Assembly: GCA_016932575.1 (NCBI GenBank)
Contig: JAFGCO010000006.1
Coordinates: 16,238 to 80,237, forward strand
Length of the DNA stretch: 64,000 nucleotides
DNA from: a bacterium
Lineage (GTDB): Bacteria > Zhuqueibacterota > QNDG01 > JAFGCO01
Reading direction: 5' to 3'
Shown here: in pieces, positions 51,805 through 61,941 of the stretch
Layout of the letters: every line of letters starts with the position of its first letter
How positions within the stretch are numbered: the stretch's first letter is position 1
The notes under the pieces: model-generated
Database searches by the model: none
What the model saw: the letters and a program-made list of their open reading frames with translations, nothing else
What the model was told of the DNA's origin: nothing
Position numbers and translations under genes: made by a program

Positions 51805-52689
51805 ATGAATTCAATCAACACGAATATTGAAAAATCTGACACACTTCATGATACACTGGATGGCCTCTATAGGCGATATCAGAACGGTTATCTTTCCATG
51901 GATCCGCTGGAACTTGCCAGACAGTATGAAGACTCAAAAGACCAGGAAATCGCGGCGTTTATTTCCGCTGGATTGGCAATCGGACGATACGATTTAATTC
52001 GTCGGGCTGTCCAAATGGTGCTCGACTGTATGAAACCCTCTCCATACCGATTTGTCCAAATGTTTGATCCGTCAAGAGATGGCGCCGCTTTTCGTGATTT
52101 TAGATATCGGTTCTATCAAGGCCGGGATATTCAGCTGTTGATCTGGTGGATTGCACAGATGATTCGCCGGGCCGGGAGCATCAAACAATTTTTTCTGAAC
52201 GGTTATTCAGCCTCTGATTCAAATATTGGGTTCAGCCTTTCCCGATTTGTCAGATCCATCCTTGATTTAACCACGGCCCCTTTTTATTCTGAGATTCCGC
52301 CAAGAGGAGTGGGCATCCGGCATTTTCTGGCCGATCCGCTGGACGGAAGCGGGTGCAAGCGCCTGAATCTGTTTTTACGGTGGATGGTGCGGAAAGATGC
52401 TTTGGATCTCGGGCTGTGGCCGGAGGTCTCCACGTCGCAGCTTGTGATTCCCCTGGATACCCATATCATTCGATTCGGACGCTATCTCGGATTAACCGGG
52501 CGTGTTTCTCCGGGATGGAACATGGCTTTGGAAATCACAGAAACCCTTCGCCGGTTTGATGCGTCTGATCCGGTAAAATATGATTTTGCGATCTGCACAC
52601 TGGGTAAACTGACCGATTGTTCGAATCCGCCGGATCGAATCAAGTGCCGGACGTGCCCCATATTTCGGTGTTGCAGGAATGCGGTGTAG
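51805..52689 (+). CDS. TIGR02757 / DUF2400 family protein (HhH-GPD-like)
   Basis: DP...D.EI, CKRLNLFLRWMVR, DLGLW, PLDTH, DPVKYDFA, C-terminal Cys cluster. Confidence 0.9.
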   Translation: MNSINTNIEKSDTLHDTLDGLYRRYQNGYLSMDPLELARQYEDSKDQEIAAFISAGLAIGRYDLIRRAVQMVLDCMKPSPYRFVQMFDPSRDGAAFRDFRYRFYQGRDIQLLIWWIAQMIRRAGSIKQFFLNGYSASDSNIGFSLSRFVRSILDLTTAPFYSEIPPRGVGIRHFLADPLDGSGCKRLNLFLRWMVRKDALDLGLWPEVSTSQLVIPLDTHIIRFGRYLGLTGRVSPGWNMALEITETLRRFDASDPVKYDFAICTLGKLTDCSNPPDRIKCRTCPIFRCCRNAV

Positions 52690-52939
52690 GGATAGGCTGT
52701 CATCCTGAGTGGAATTCCGACGCCTTTTGTCGGAATGGAACGAAGAATCTGTACCTGCCTAAGATTCTTAAATACAACAATCCTTGTTTCAACAGCACAA
52801 TTAATATAATGCTTTATTGTCAAGAAAAATGAATATTCTTTCAAAATAAATGCGCTTTAGCCATTTTAATTTGCCTTCATCAATCAAAATGGCTAAATTA
52901 ATCACAATTTGTGAATACATCGAATAAAAGGCGGGCTCC

Positions 52940-53956
52940 ATGTGTATTCTGATCATGATTCTTATCTCCTGTACAGCGCTGTATGCAGCCGAAAGTCCGT
53001 TTCCGGCGTGTGTCGATTCACTGATCCATCAGGGTACCCGGCTGAATTCCATGGCGCAATTTGATTCGGCTTTTACGACTTTTCAGCAGGTGAACCGTTT
53101 ACTGCCGGAGCACCCGGCCGGATCTTTTTATCTGGCGGCCACCCTGCATTCGAAAATGATGCATTATGAAACCGACCGGTGGGAATTGGCGTTTTCCGAA
53201 TACAGGGACAGCACAATGTCGCGGGCGGACACCTGGCTGGCCAACCGCGGTGAGGATCCCTGGATCTATTTTTTTCGGGGGAGCATTCAAACCTATATGG
53301 GGCTCTATCAGGCCAAACGCGGCAGTCTTGTCAAAGGCTTTGTCAGTGCGGAAGGGGGGGTGGATGATCTGATACGGGCTATCCGTCTGGATTCCACCTG
53401 TTATGATGCATATATCGGCATCGGCAATTATAAATACTGGTCCGGTAAATTTTACAAATATCTGCGGTGGCTGCCATTTATCAGGGATGAACGAAGCCAG
53501 GGAGAAGCTGAAGTTCGTTTGGGTATGGAAAAAGGATGTTTTTTCTACTGGGTGGGGGTGAACAGCCTGGCCTGGATCAAATATGACCGTGAACATTTTG
53601 AAGAAGCCATCCGGTTGTTTGAACTTGGAGCAGCTGAATTTGACAGCAGTTTGATCTGGTTGTGGGGGCTGGCAGATGCACATAAAAAAGGGGCGCATTA
53701 TCGCAGGGCCCTGAATTATTACTACAGCATTATCGGGGAAGTCGAATCAGACACTCTGGAAAGCGGGTACAATGAAGTGCTGGCCAGATGGAAGGCAATT
53801 CAGTGTCTGGAGAAACTGGAATTATATCCGGAAATTATCAATCATGCAAAAGCGATTCAGAACCGGCCTGTGGAAGCCGGAATGTTTGACAAAGCCATGG
53901 AATATCGGGACAAAGCCCGAAAGGCTCAACAACGGGCAGAGAAAAAACTAAAATGA
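52940..53956 (+). CDS. Exported TPR-like protein
   Basis: Signal peptide; HPAG.F, A..LD....DAY.G.G.Y.YW, WLPF..D. Confidence 0.7.
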   Translation: MCILIMILISCTALYAAESPFPACVDSLIHQGTRLNSMAQFDSAFTTFQQVNRLLPEHPAGSFYLAATLHSKMMHYETDRWELAFSEYRDSTMSRADTWLANRGEDPWIYFFRGSIQTYMGLYQAKRGSLVKGFVSAEGGVDDLIRAIRLDSTCYDAYIGIGNYKYWSGKFYKYLRWLPFIRDERSQGEAEVRLGMEKGCFFYWVGVNSLAWIKYDREHFEEAIRLFELGAAEFDSSLIWLWGLADAHKKGAHYRRALNYYYSIIGEVESDTLESGYNEVLARWKAIQCLEKLELYPEIINHAKAIQNRPVEAGMFDKAMEYRDKARKAQQRAEKKLK

Positions 53957-53969
53957 CAGAAATGCTCAG

Positions 53970-55127
53970 ATGAAAGCGGACACCAAAACATACGATTTGG
54001 GAAGGCATACTTTTATTTACGTCTTTTTTTTATTCTGTGTGAGTTTTTCCTGCATGGTTGATGCGGCATCCTTATTATCGCCTTTGGAAAGCCGGCTTCA
54101 GAAAGATATTGAAGATGCAAGACTGGATACATTTTCAAAGATTGAGGCCGCATTTATTTTATCCGGTGTGAAGCAGTCGGATTCCCTTGAGTATTATAAA
54201 GACTGGTATTATCATCTTCTTGATAAGATAAGAGGATTTCCATTTGACAAGTTCAATCAAGCGGCGGCCGCCGGTCAGGTATTCAGTTATTTGCATACAT
54301 CCTGGTTGAAGACGTATCAACGGGAATCCACTGATCTGCTGTCGATTGTTCACAATCAGGAATACAATTGTGTGGCTGCAACGATTTTATATAATCTCAT
54401 TTGTGAAGATTTGGGATGGATGACCGAAGCATTCGAAACACCTACCCATGTGTACACAATTTTCAGCAATTTCACCCAGCCCATTACCGTGGAAAATACC
54501 AGCCCTTTGGGATTTGACATTATGAAAAATCTTCATGAATATTCCATTTATCTGAGGCAGTATTACCCGGAAAATGAAGTATACCGTATCGGCCTGGACC
54601 GTCTCTATGCTTATGAAAACAGCAACGGGAGAATGATCAACAATACTGAATTGTTGGGTCTTTTGGCGTATAATCGTGCTTATTTTGCACGTAACAATGA
54701 AGATTATGCCATAGCCTATGAGCTTGTGCTGCTGGCTCAAAGTTTTAACATTGACTCACGCTCCAATGTCCGTTTTGAGAAGAATCTCTATTATATCTGG
54801 GGGAAAAAGTTGTTTGATGAGGAACGTTATGATGAAGCCTTTTCAGTGTTAGCAGATGCTGTGTATCGGTATCCGGACATGTCCGATTTTGTTCAGAATA
54901 CCCGTGCAGCATTTTTTCAAAGTCTAAATCGTTACTGGCTAAACCGTGACTGGCAGAATACAAAGCGAATCATTGAAGAAATCCATGTGCTGAATGTGCT
55001 GGAAGAGAAAGATCAAAATAGATTATATCGGCTGTTAGAACAGTGGAGCCGTCATTTCCATCGGATCTCCGAAAAATCCTGTCTCAAAGACGTTAACGAA
55101 CTTCGCGAAGAAATAAAATCGAATTAA
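53970..55127 (+). CDS. Transglutaminase-like (SirB1-type) / TPR exported protein
   Basis: YNCV...LY, THVY, VENT putative Cys-His-Glu set; helical C-terminus. Confidence 0.6.
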   Translation: MKADTKTYDLGRHTFIYVFFLFCVSFSCMVDAASLLSPLESRLQKDIEDARLDTFSKIEAAFILSGVKQSDSLEYYKDWYYHLLDKIRGFPFDKFNQAAAAGQVFSYLHTSWLKTYQRESTDLLSIVHNQEYNCVAATILYNLICEDLGWMTEAFETPTHVYTIFSNFTQPITVENTSPLGFDIMKNLHEYSIYLRQYYPENEVYRIGLDRLYAYENSNGRMINNTELLGLLAYNRAYFARNNEDYAIAYELVLLAQSFNIDSRSNVRFEKNLYYIWGKKLFDEERYDEAFSVLADAVYRYPDMSDFVQNTRAAFFQSLNRYWLNRDWQNTKRIIEEIHVLNVLEEKDQNRLYRLLEQWSRHFHRISEKSCLKDVNELREEIKSN

Positions 55128-55129
55128 TA

Positions 55130-55843
55130 TTATTCATTACGCACCGCAATGACACGATCCGGATAATCGCTGAAGAAACCATTCACACCCCATTGGACGA
55201 GCCGTCGCATGGTGGGCGGATGATTGACTGTGTAAACGAAGACTTTCAAATTTGCATTATGGGCCTCTTGGATCCATATTTTTCGAATCGGTCTCAAGGG
55301 AAGATGCACAGAAACCGCATTGAGGTGGATGGCAATTTTGGTATACCCTCTTCTTGGAAACCGGTACAAGACACCAATGGGTATTTGAGGAAAATGGTCA
55401 TGTATCAGCTGCAACTGGTTATGCTTAAAGGAAGAGACAATGATTTTGTTTTTTGACCAGCCGGCCCTGATTTTTTTACTGATAAAATGCCCGACCTGGA
55501 TGGCGCAGTTCAGGCCCTTGAGTTCAATAAGAAGGCCTGCTTTTTGATTGACCAGATCAAACACCTCTGAAAGCAGAGGTATTTTCTCGCCGGTTCCCGC
55601 ATCCAAGGAGCGAATATAAGACAGAGAGTGACGCTGAATATGACCGCGGCCCGAGGTTGTGCGTTTCAGGGAGCGGTCATGAATCACAATAATTTCACTT
55701 TGCAGTGCATGTACATCGATCTCGATCCAGTCGGCACCGAGATTCAGGGCTTTTTGAATGGAGCCCAATGTATTTTCAGGGGCGTATCCGGCGGCCCCGC
55801 GATGGCCGATGCATACAATTTTCGATGCTGATTTTGTAATCAT
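55130..55843 (-). CDS. Glycerophosphodiester phosphodiesterase
   Basis: GHRGA....PENT, EIDV, IHD..L.RTT, IELK, SSF, YTVN, SDYPD. Confidence 0.93.
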   Translation of the reverse strand: MITKSASKIVCIGHRGAAGYAPENTLGSIQKALNLGADWIEIDVHALQSEIIVIHDRSLKRTTSGRGHIQRHSLSYIRSLDAGTGEKIPLLSEVFDLVNQKAGLLIELKGLNCAIQVGHFISKKIRAGWSKNKIIVSSFKHNQLQLIHDHFPQIPIGVLYRFPRRGYTKIAIHLNAVSVHLPLRPIRKIWIQEAHNANLKVFVYTVNHPPTMRRLVQWGVNGFFSDYPDRVIAVRNE

Positions 55844-56149
55844 GGTTCTTTATTTTCTGCTCTGTTATTGTGTTTTCCGGTCTGTCGGCAAATCCCATGC
55901 CTGCTCCGGAGAAACTGTTGTTTTGATCCTAAAATAAAAATTTTTGTGCCATGTAAAATGAAAAAACAAAATGATAAATAAAAATGAAAAATTTGAGAAA
56001 TGCTGATATGTTTCAGGACCGGATGATCCAGTGATTAAAATCGACATAATCGCAGGAAAATTTTCCTGATACAATGCATTTTTTTCTTGACTATCTCGTG
56101 AATATTGTTTAACTGTAATTGTCCCCCCCTTTAATCAGAGAGGTGTCCC

Positions 56150-57676
56150 ATGATTCTGCATCATGAATTTGTCCGCATCGCAAAAAAATACAGTAAAAAA
56201 ATTGCCATTGTGGATAAGACAAGAGGCAGTGAAGTCTCTTACAGCAAAGCCCTGATTGCGTCCCTAATGCTGGCAAAAAAATTCAAGGCTTATAAGGAAG
56301 GCGATATCGGTGTGATGGTACCGACGTCTGCCGGAGCTATGCTGGCCGTGATGGGTGTCCTGATGGCGGGCAAGACACCGGTAATGATTAATTATTCCAC
56401 AGGTGCCGCTGAGAATTGTGAGTATGCTCAAAATAAAGTAGGATTTAAAACCATCATCACATCGAGGGCTTTACTGGAAAAAATCAACTGCCGGGAAGTC
56501 GATGGTATGATCTGCCTGGAAGATATCATGAAGCAAATTACTCTTGCGGATAAAATCGGCGCCGCATTGAAATCAAAAATGCCTGCCGGGATGATTATCA
56601 AGGGATTCCCGCAAAAGGACATTGATGACAATGTGGTTATTTTATTCACCAGCGGCAGTGAGAAAGATCCCAAGGCTGTGCAACTGACCCACCGGAATAT
56701 CGGTTCCAATATCACGGATGTCCTCCAGGTGATGGATCTTTCGGATAAAGATGTCATCATGTCGATTCTACCGATGTTTCATGTGTTCGGGAATACCGTG
56801 GATTTCTGGCTGCCCCTGCTGACGGGGATGACTGCTGTGACCTATGCCAATCCTCTGGATTATAAAACAGTTCCAAAAATCATTAAAGAACAGCAAGTGA
56901 CTATGATAGCGGCCACACCGGTATTCTTTTTAGGATATCTGCGTGAATCGCAACCCGGTGATTTCGAGAGCGTGCGTCTTGCCGTTGCCGGCGCAGACAA
57001 GGCGTCGGATTCATTACGCGAGGGATACCGGAAGAAGCACGGAATAGAACTGCTTGAGGGATATGGAACCACGGAAACCAGTCCGGTCGTGTCCGTGAAC
57101 CAACCCGATAAAAACCGGCCCGGAAGCATCGGACCTTTACTCCCGAGCGTTCAAGTGAAGATCGCGAGTATCGATACCGGTGAAGCGCTGCCTCCCGGTA
57201 AAGAAGGAAAGATCCTTGTAAAAGGGGATCTGGTGATGAAGGGCTATTATGACGATATTGAAGAAACCTCCTTGCGGATCGAGAACGGCTGGTATGATAC
57301 CGGAGATATAGGTGTGCTGGATGAAGACGGATATTTATGGCATAAAGGCCGTCTGAAACGTTTTGTAAAAATCGGAGGCGAGATGGTTTCTCTGGTGCGC
57401 ACGGAAAGTGTGCTGCAGGATCTGCTACCGGAAGGAGAAAACTGTTGTATTGTAGAACTGCCGGATTCAGTCAAGGGTGCGAAGCTGGTGGCTGTTGTGA
57501 CAGCAGATATCAATGAAAAAGAGATGATAAAAAAGATGATGGAGAAATTACCCAGTATAGCGGTGCCCAATAAGTTTGTCAGGTTTGAGGACCTGCCCAA
57601 GATGGGAAGCGGCAAGGTCGATTTTCGCACAGTTACGGAGCTTGTGAAAAATGATTTTAAAAAAGGATCCAGATGA
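56150..57676 (+). CDS. Acyl-ACP synthetase / AMP-binding enzyme (Aas C-terminal-like), stand-alone
   Basis: ILFTSGSEKDPK.V.LTH.N, LPMFH.FG, NPLD, EGYGTTETSP, WYDTGD, KRF.KIGGEMVSL, GSGKVD. Confidence 0.88.
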   Translation: MILHHEFVRIAKKYSKKIAIVDKTRGSEVSYSKALIASLMLAKKFKAYKEGDIGVMVPTSAGAMLAVMGVLMAGKTPVMINYSTGAAENCEYAQNKVGFKTIITSRALLEKINCREVDGMICLEDIMKQITLADKIGAALKSKMPAGMIIKGFPQKDIDDNVVILFTSGSEKDPKAVQLTHRNIGSNITDVLQVMDLSDKDVIMSILPMFHVFGNTVDFWLPLLTGMTAVTYANPLDYKTVPKIIKEQQVTMIAATPVFFLGYLRESQPGDFESVRLAVAGADKASDSLREGYRKKHGIELLEGYGTTETSPVVSVNQPDKNRPGSIGPLLPSVQVKIASIDTGEALPPGKEGKILVKGDLVMKGYYDDIEETSLRIENGWYDTGDIGVLDEDGYLWHKGRLKRFVKIGGEMVSLVRTESVLQDLLPEGENCCIVELPDSVKGAKLVAVVTADINEKEMIKKMMEKLPSIAVPNKFVRFEDLPKMGSGKVDFRTVTELVKNDFKKGSR

Positions 57677-57725
57677 AAATATTAAATATTTTATATTGAA
57701 TTATCTTTGTCAACGATGGATATGC

Positions 57726-57764
57726 AAAGCTCCCGAGATCATTTAATGCTTGGGAGCTTTTTTT
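57726..57764 (+). terminator. Rho-independent terminator
   Basis: AAAGCTCCCGAG...CTTGGGAGCTTT stem followed by T run. Confidence 0.8.
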
Positions 57765-57895
57765 GTTTTAAAAATATTCAGGAGGTTATGATTATGGATA
57801 TATTCATTTTAAAAATAAAACCACATGCTGTTTTTTGACCTTAAAAAGGAAAATTTTAAATGAATCCTTGTCTGATGATAATTAAGGAGGTCGAA

Positions 57896-58531
57896 ATGAA
57901 AATACAAAAGCAGCTGGTTCCGGTTTCAGATTACCTGTCGGAAAAAGAACTTGCCCTTTATTACCTAAATGAGGATACACTGGATTTGGGTGACCGGATC
58001 GAAGCATGGTGGATCCAATCCGTTTTTCAGGCATTCTTTCATGATATGGAGACCGCCATTCAGAAGGCGAATCAGCCGGAGCTTACGACGGCGTTATTGG
58101 CATCCAGAAAAGACACATTGATCAATATATTAAAAAATAATGATATTTTGGAAGAAGAACTCCCGCTGTATGTGCAGGGCGCGTTTGAGACACCGGCCGT
58201 CAAATGGATTGCAGGAGATATCGAGAAAAGCCTTTGGATAATTCAACGTAAAAATGAATATTTGATCAATCTGAACGGGGATTATACAAACCAGGTGACC
58301 ATGCCGGGGCTTATTTTAGATACAAACGCAGATGCACTGGAAGGCAGCACCGTTACATGGGAATTTGATCCGAACCATTTTGTCTGGGAAGATCATATTA
58401 TGTGGGTGGAATCCCGGATCGTGAATCGGTGGGCTATGATTGTCACCGGTGTGGTTTGCATTTTACTTATAGCGGGTCTGATTTTGGGGCCGGTTTTACT
58501 GAGAAAAAGACGTGAGATCAGGACGGCCTGA
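57896..58531 (+). CDS. Hypothetical protein with C-terminal TM anchor, possibly N-terminally deleted
   Basis: AAGGAGG SD then MKIQKQLV; MPG....TNA......V.W......ESR.VN.W then TM and basic tail. Confidence 0.6.
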   Translation: MKIQKQLVPVSDYLSEKELALYYLNEDTLDLGDRIEAWWIQSVFQAFFHDMETAIQKANQPELTTALLASRKDTLINILKNNDILEEELPLYVQGAFETPAVKWIAGDIEKSLWIIQRKNEYLINLNGDYTNQVTMPGLILDTNADALEGSTVTWEFDPNHFVWEDHIMWVESRIVNRWAMIVTGVVCILLIAGLILGPVLLRKRREIRTA

Positions 58532-58656
58532 CTGAACGCAATCACAAAAGCAAGTGACAGCAATAACTGAATGCCCAGGGTTCAATAGGGCAGAGAAGAA
58601 CCCCGGGACGATCTGAAAAATGACGATTGAGCCCGTTTTTTAAAATTCATCTGTCT

Positions 58657-59313
58657 TTACCTCGATTTATCCACACCGATCCGTTCACAGTATTCAGACA
58701 CTTTGCACCGGCTGCAGAAAGGACTGACGGGTTTGCAAATGCCCTGTCCGAATGCAACAAGTATATCATTAATTAAAATCCACCAATTGGCCGGAAGTAT
58801 TTTCCTGAGCACGATTTCTGTTTCATCCGGATAGCGGGTTTTTACATACCCAAATCGATTGGTAATACGGTGTACGTGTGTGTCCACACAGATTCCTGGT
58901 TTGCCGAATCCCAGCGTAATTACCAGATTGGCTGTTTTACGACCCACACCCGGCAATTGTAACAATTGATCCAGGTCATCGGGCACGAAACCCTGATAGT
59001 CGTTTAATAAAATCCGGCAGACCTTAAGTATATTTGCGGCTTTACGTTTATAAAATCCAACTGGAAATATGAGTTTTTGAATTGTGCTTTCGTGTAATTT
59101 CAACATTTTTTCCGGTGTGTCAGCCTGTTTAAATAATCGTCTGGAAGCCTGTGTGGTTACTTCGTCTTTGGTACGCAGACTGAGCAGTGTTGAAATGAGA
59201 ATCTGAAAAGGATCCCCGGATCGTTCCGCCACCAAAGTGACAATCGGCACATGCCAGTTCTTGGATTCATGATGCAGAATTGTGAGAACTTTATCGAGAG
59301 TTTTTGTAGTCAA
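58657..59313 (-). CDS. nth: Endonuclease III
   Basis: LSLRTKDE, HhH LPGVGRKTAN, VDTHV.RI, C.P..P.C..C.....C. Confidence 0.95.
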   Translation of the reverse strand: MTTKTLDKVLTILHHESKNWHVPIVTLVAERSGDPFQILISTLLSLRTKDEVTTQASRRLFKQADTPEKMLKLHESTIQKLIFPVGFYKRKAANILKVCRILLNDYQGFVPDDLDQLLQLPGVGRKTANLVITLGFGKPGICVDTHVHRITNRFGYVKTRYPDETEIVLRKILPANWWILINDILVAFGQGICKPVSPFCSRCKVSEYCERIGVDKSR

Positions 59314-59488
59314 TTATCGATCCCCGGATCTGAGTTTAAATTTGGTTCCGACCTTCATATGATTTTCACACATGGTCGGATTATGGTGATTCTTTGAACA
59401 GGTTTTCTGATAAATTCTTGCATTGAAAAAATTACCCAAGTATCGGTTGTATTTATTGGTATACTAAAATTAAAACCAAAGTGATTGA

Positions 59489-59902
59489 TTAAAATGTGTG
59501 ACCGTTTTTTCGGAATTTGTCCATATCTCTCCGTCGTTTTTTTGTGGGACGGCCTTTGTATTTGAGTCGGTTTCGGTGTTCGAGTTTCTGCATTTTACGT
59601 ATGAATTCAATATCATTTTCTGTGAGCCGGATTTTTTCTTCTTCATGGTAAAGCTCATGGGCCAGGGCAGGCGGCAGGCCCCGGTCGGCCAGTTCGAGGA
59701 CTTTGATATCACGATAGCGATCATGGTGATGAATGGTAATTTCATCCCCTTTCCGGATAATTTTATGCGGTTTGGCGGTTTTCCCGTTGACTTTGACTTT
59801 TCGTCCATTACAGGCATCGGCGGCCTGCGAACGGGTTTTATAAAACCTGGCAGCCATCAGCCATCGGTCCAGTCGGGTTTCTTCAAGTGGAGGTTTGTTC
59901 AT
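59489..59902 (-). CDS. hslR: Ribosome-associated heat shock protein Hsp15 (S4 domain)
   Basis: RLDRWL..RFYKTRS.A...C..RKV.VNG...KP; GRPTKKRRR. Confidence 0.9.
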   Translation of the reverse strand: MNKPPLEETRLDRWLMAARFYKTRSQAADACNGRKVKVNGKTAKPHKIIRKGDEITIHHHDRYRDIKVLELADRGLPPALAHELYHEEEKIRLTENDIEFIRKMQKLEHRNRLKYKGRPTKKRRRDMDKFRKNGHTF

Positions 59903-60185
59903 AATATGTTTCCACGACACATTATATTGTGTAATATTCGATTTAAAGGAATCCATCTTTCAGGATATTATCAATAAAGTTCTTCGTTATTAAAAGATGA
60001 ATATCAGACAAAAAGCCTGAATCTCATGAATTCTAATCTAAAGTTATAATGAAATGATACAAATAAAAAATAAAAAATCATAAATGATTAATCCGAAACA
60101 TCACTTTGAATTTGACGCAGGAATCATTATATTTGCACAAATCGCGATCACTATTGTATCATTGGGTTGAATCCAGGAGGGCATT

Positions 60186-61109
60186 CTGTCTGTTCAGCTT
60201 GAGCAGTTTACCATTGCCTATGGGAAAAAGATAGCAGTCGATCATTTAAACGTATCGTTTTTCCAGGGCGCGACCGGGCTCTTGGGAGTGAATGGAGCGG
60301 GAAAGTCCAGCCTGATTAAAGGGCTGCTCGGTCTTGTTCCACTGAAAGAAGGCTCTGCAACGATTATGGGAAAAGATATTTGTGAGAAATCAAGGCAAGT
60401 TCGTCAAATGATCGGCTATATGCCCGAAGATGACTGCCTGATACCCGGTCTGACCGGTGTGGAACTGGTTCGATACGCCGGTGAACTTGTGGGAATGCCG
60501 AGAGCAGATGCCATGCAGCGGGCCCATGATGTGCTCTTTGCCGTTGGATTGGGAGAGGCCCGATACAGAAATGTCGAATCATACAGTTCCGGAATGAAAC
60601 AGCGGGTGAAGCTGGCACAGGCCCTTGTACATCATCCCAAACTGCTCTTTCTGGATGAGCCCACAAGCGGTATGGATCCAAAAGGCCGTCAGGAGATGAT
60701 CGAATTGATTCAGTATATTTCCAGTAAATTTGATATAAGCATAATACTGGCCACCCATATTCTGGCGGATGTTGAACGTACCTGTGATTATGTTGTCATG
60801 ATTCATGAGGGTCGTGCTTTGGTTCAGGACAGGGTCGATGATTTACGCGGAGAATACAGCCATACAATGACTATCCGCGTGGAAGGCGATCAAAATAAAT
60901 TTCAGGAAGCCTTAGTAAAAAAAGGTTGTACCATACTGGGAGAAGAGCGTCAATTGCTGGATGTAAAACTTCCAAAAAATGGTAACGAACAATTGATTTT
61001 AACCACTGTTGTGGAAGTCGGGGTTGTACTGCGAAAACTGACGCCGAGCATACAAACCCTGGAGGAAGTATTTGTTAAAAGGGTGAGAGACGAGCATGCC
61101 GGTCTATGA
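60186..61109 (+). CDS. ABC transporter ATP-binding protein, probable CTG start
   Basis: GVNGAGKS, YSSGMKQR, LDEPT. Homology extends upstream of TTG 60282 to CTG 60186, 5 nt after AGGAGG; in-frame TGA at 60168. Confidence 0.85.
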   Translation: MSVQLEQFTIAYGKKIAVDHLNVSFFQGATGLLGVNGAGKSSLIKGLLGLVPLKEGSATIMGKDICEKSRQVRQMIGYMPEDDCLIPGLTGVELVRYAGELVGMPRADAMQRAHDVLFAVGLGEARYRNVESYSSGMKQRVKLAQALVHHPKLLFLDEPTSGMDPKGRQEMIELIQYISSKFDISIILATHILADVERTCDYVVMIHEGRALVQDRVDDLRGEYSHTMTIRVEGDQNKFQEALVKKGCTILGEERQLLDVKLPKNGNEQLILTTVVEVGVVLRKLTPSIQTLEEVFVKRVRDEHAGL

Positions 61110-61941
61110 TCAAAATTATCGGTCCTGGAAAGGACGTTTGGTGCCCTACCCGCGGGCATGGTGGGTCATTGCGAAAACCCATATACGGCTTAGATGGAAA
61201 CGAGGGGTGATTGCATTGCTTATCCTGGCTGCTTTTCCTTTTCTCATGAAGGCCCTTCAGATTTTAGCCATGGCACGTTTGGAAGATTACGATTTGCTTG
61301 CCCAGTTTGCCAGAGATTTGGAAATTGACGCCAGGTTTTTCAGGGATTTTCTCCAGGGGCAGTCCTTTTGGTTTATTTTAATGGTGATTCTTACAGGTGC
61401 AGGTTTAATTGCCAATGATCATAAATACAAAGCAAACCAGCTCTATTTTTCAAAACCGATGACTTACTGGGATTATATGGCCGGGAAGTTTATGACGGTC
61501 GGATTCTATGGAGGCATTATTACAATTGCGCCGGCGCTTCTCCTTTTCGGAATGCAACTGGTTTTAGCGGAGAACAGCAATTTTATCAAATCATTTTTCT
61601 GGATTCCGTTTGCGATTCTGGGATTTGGATTGATTGCCCTCCTGATATTCGGCTGTGTAATGCTTGTCCTGTCCGCCTTGGTATCCGCTCGTTCTGCCGG
61701 GATCTTCTTTTTTGCCTTTTTGATTTTTCCAGATATTATTCGTGCGATCCTTTCAAACGTTCCGGAAATCGGGCTGATTTCTATCGGGGCAAATGTCAAA
61801 CAGGTTGGAGCTGTGATCTTTGGCCTGTCCAGGCCTTATGATTATTCCGCCTGGCTGGCAGGAGGGGCACTGCTGATTATATTTTTACTCTGCCTGGCCA
61901 TTTTGCGATGGCGCATTCGGCCCAGTGAGGTGGTCACATGA
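61096..61941 (+). CDS. ABC-2 type permease
   Basis: About 6 TM helices, IAND......LYFSKP....DY..GK. Confidence 0.8.
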   Translation: MPVYDQNYRSWKGRLVPYPRAWWVIAKTHIRLRWKRGVIALLILAAFPFLMKALQILAMARLEDYDLLAQFARDLEIDARFFRDFLQGQSFWFILMVILTGAGLIANDHKYKANQLYFSKPMTYWDYMAGKFMTVGFYGGIITIAPALLLFGMQLVLAENSNFIKSFFWIPFAILGFGLIALLIFGCVMLVLSALVSARSAGIFFFAFLIFPDIIRAILSNVPEIGLISIGANVKQVGAVIFGLSRPYDYSAWLAGGALLIIFLLCLAILRWRIRPSEVVT

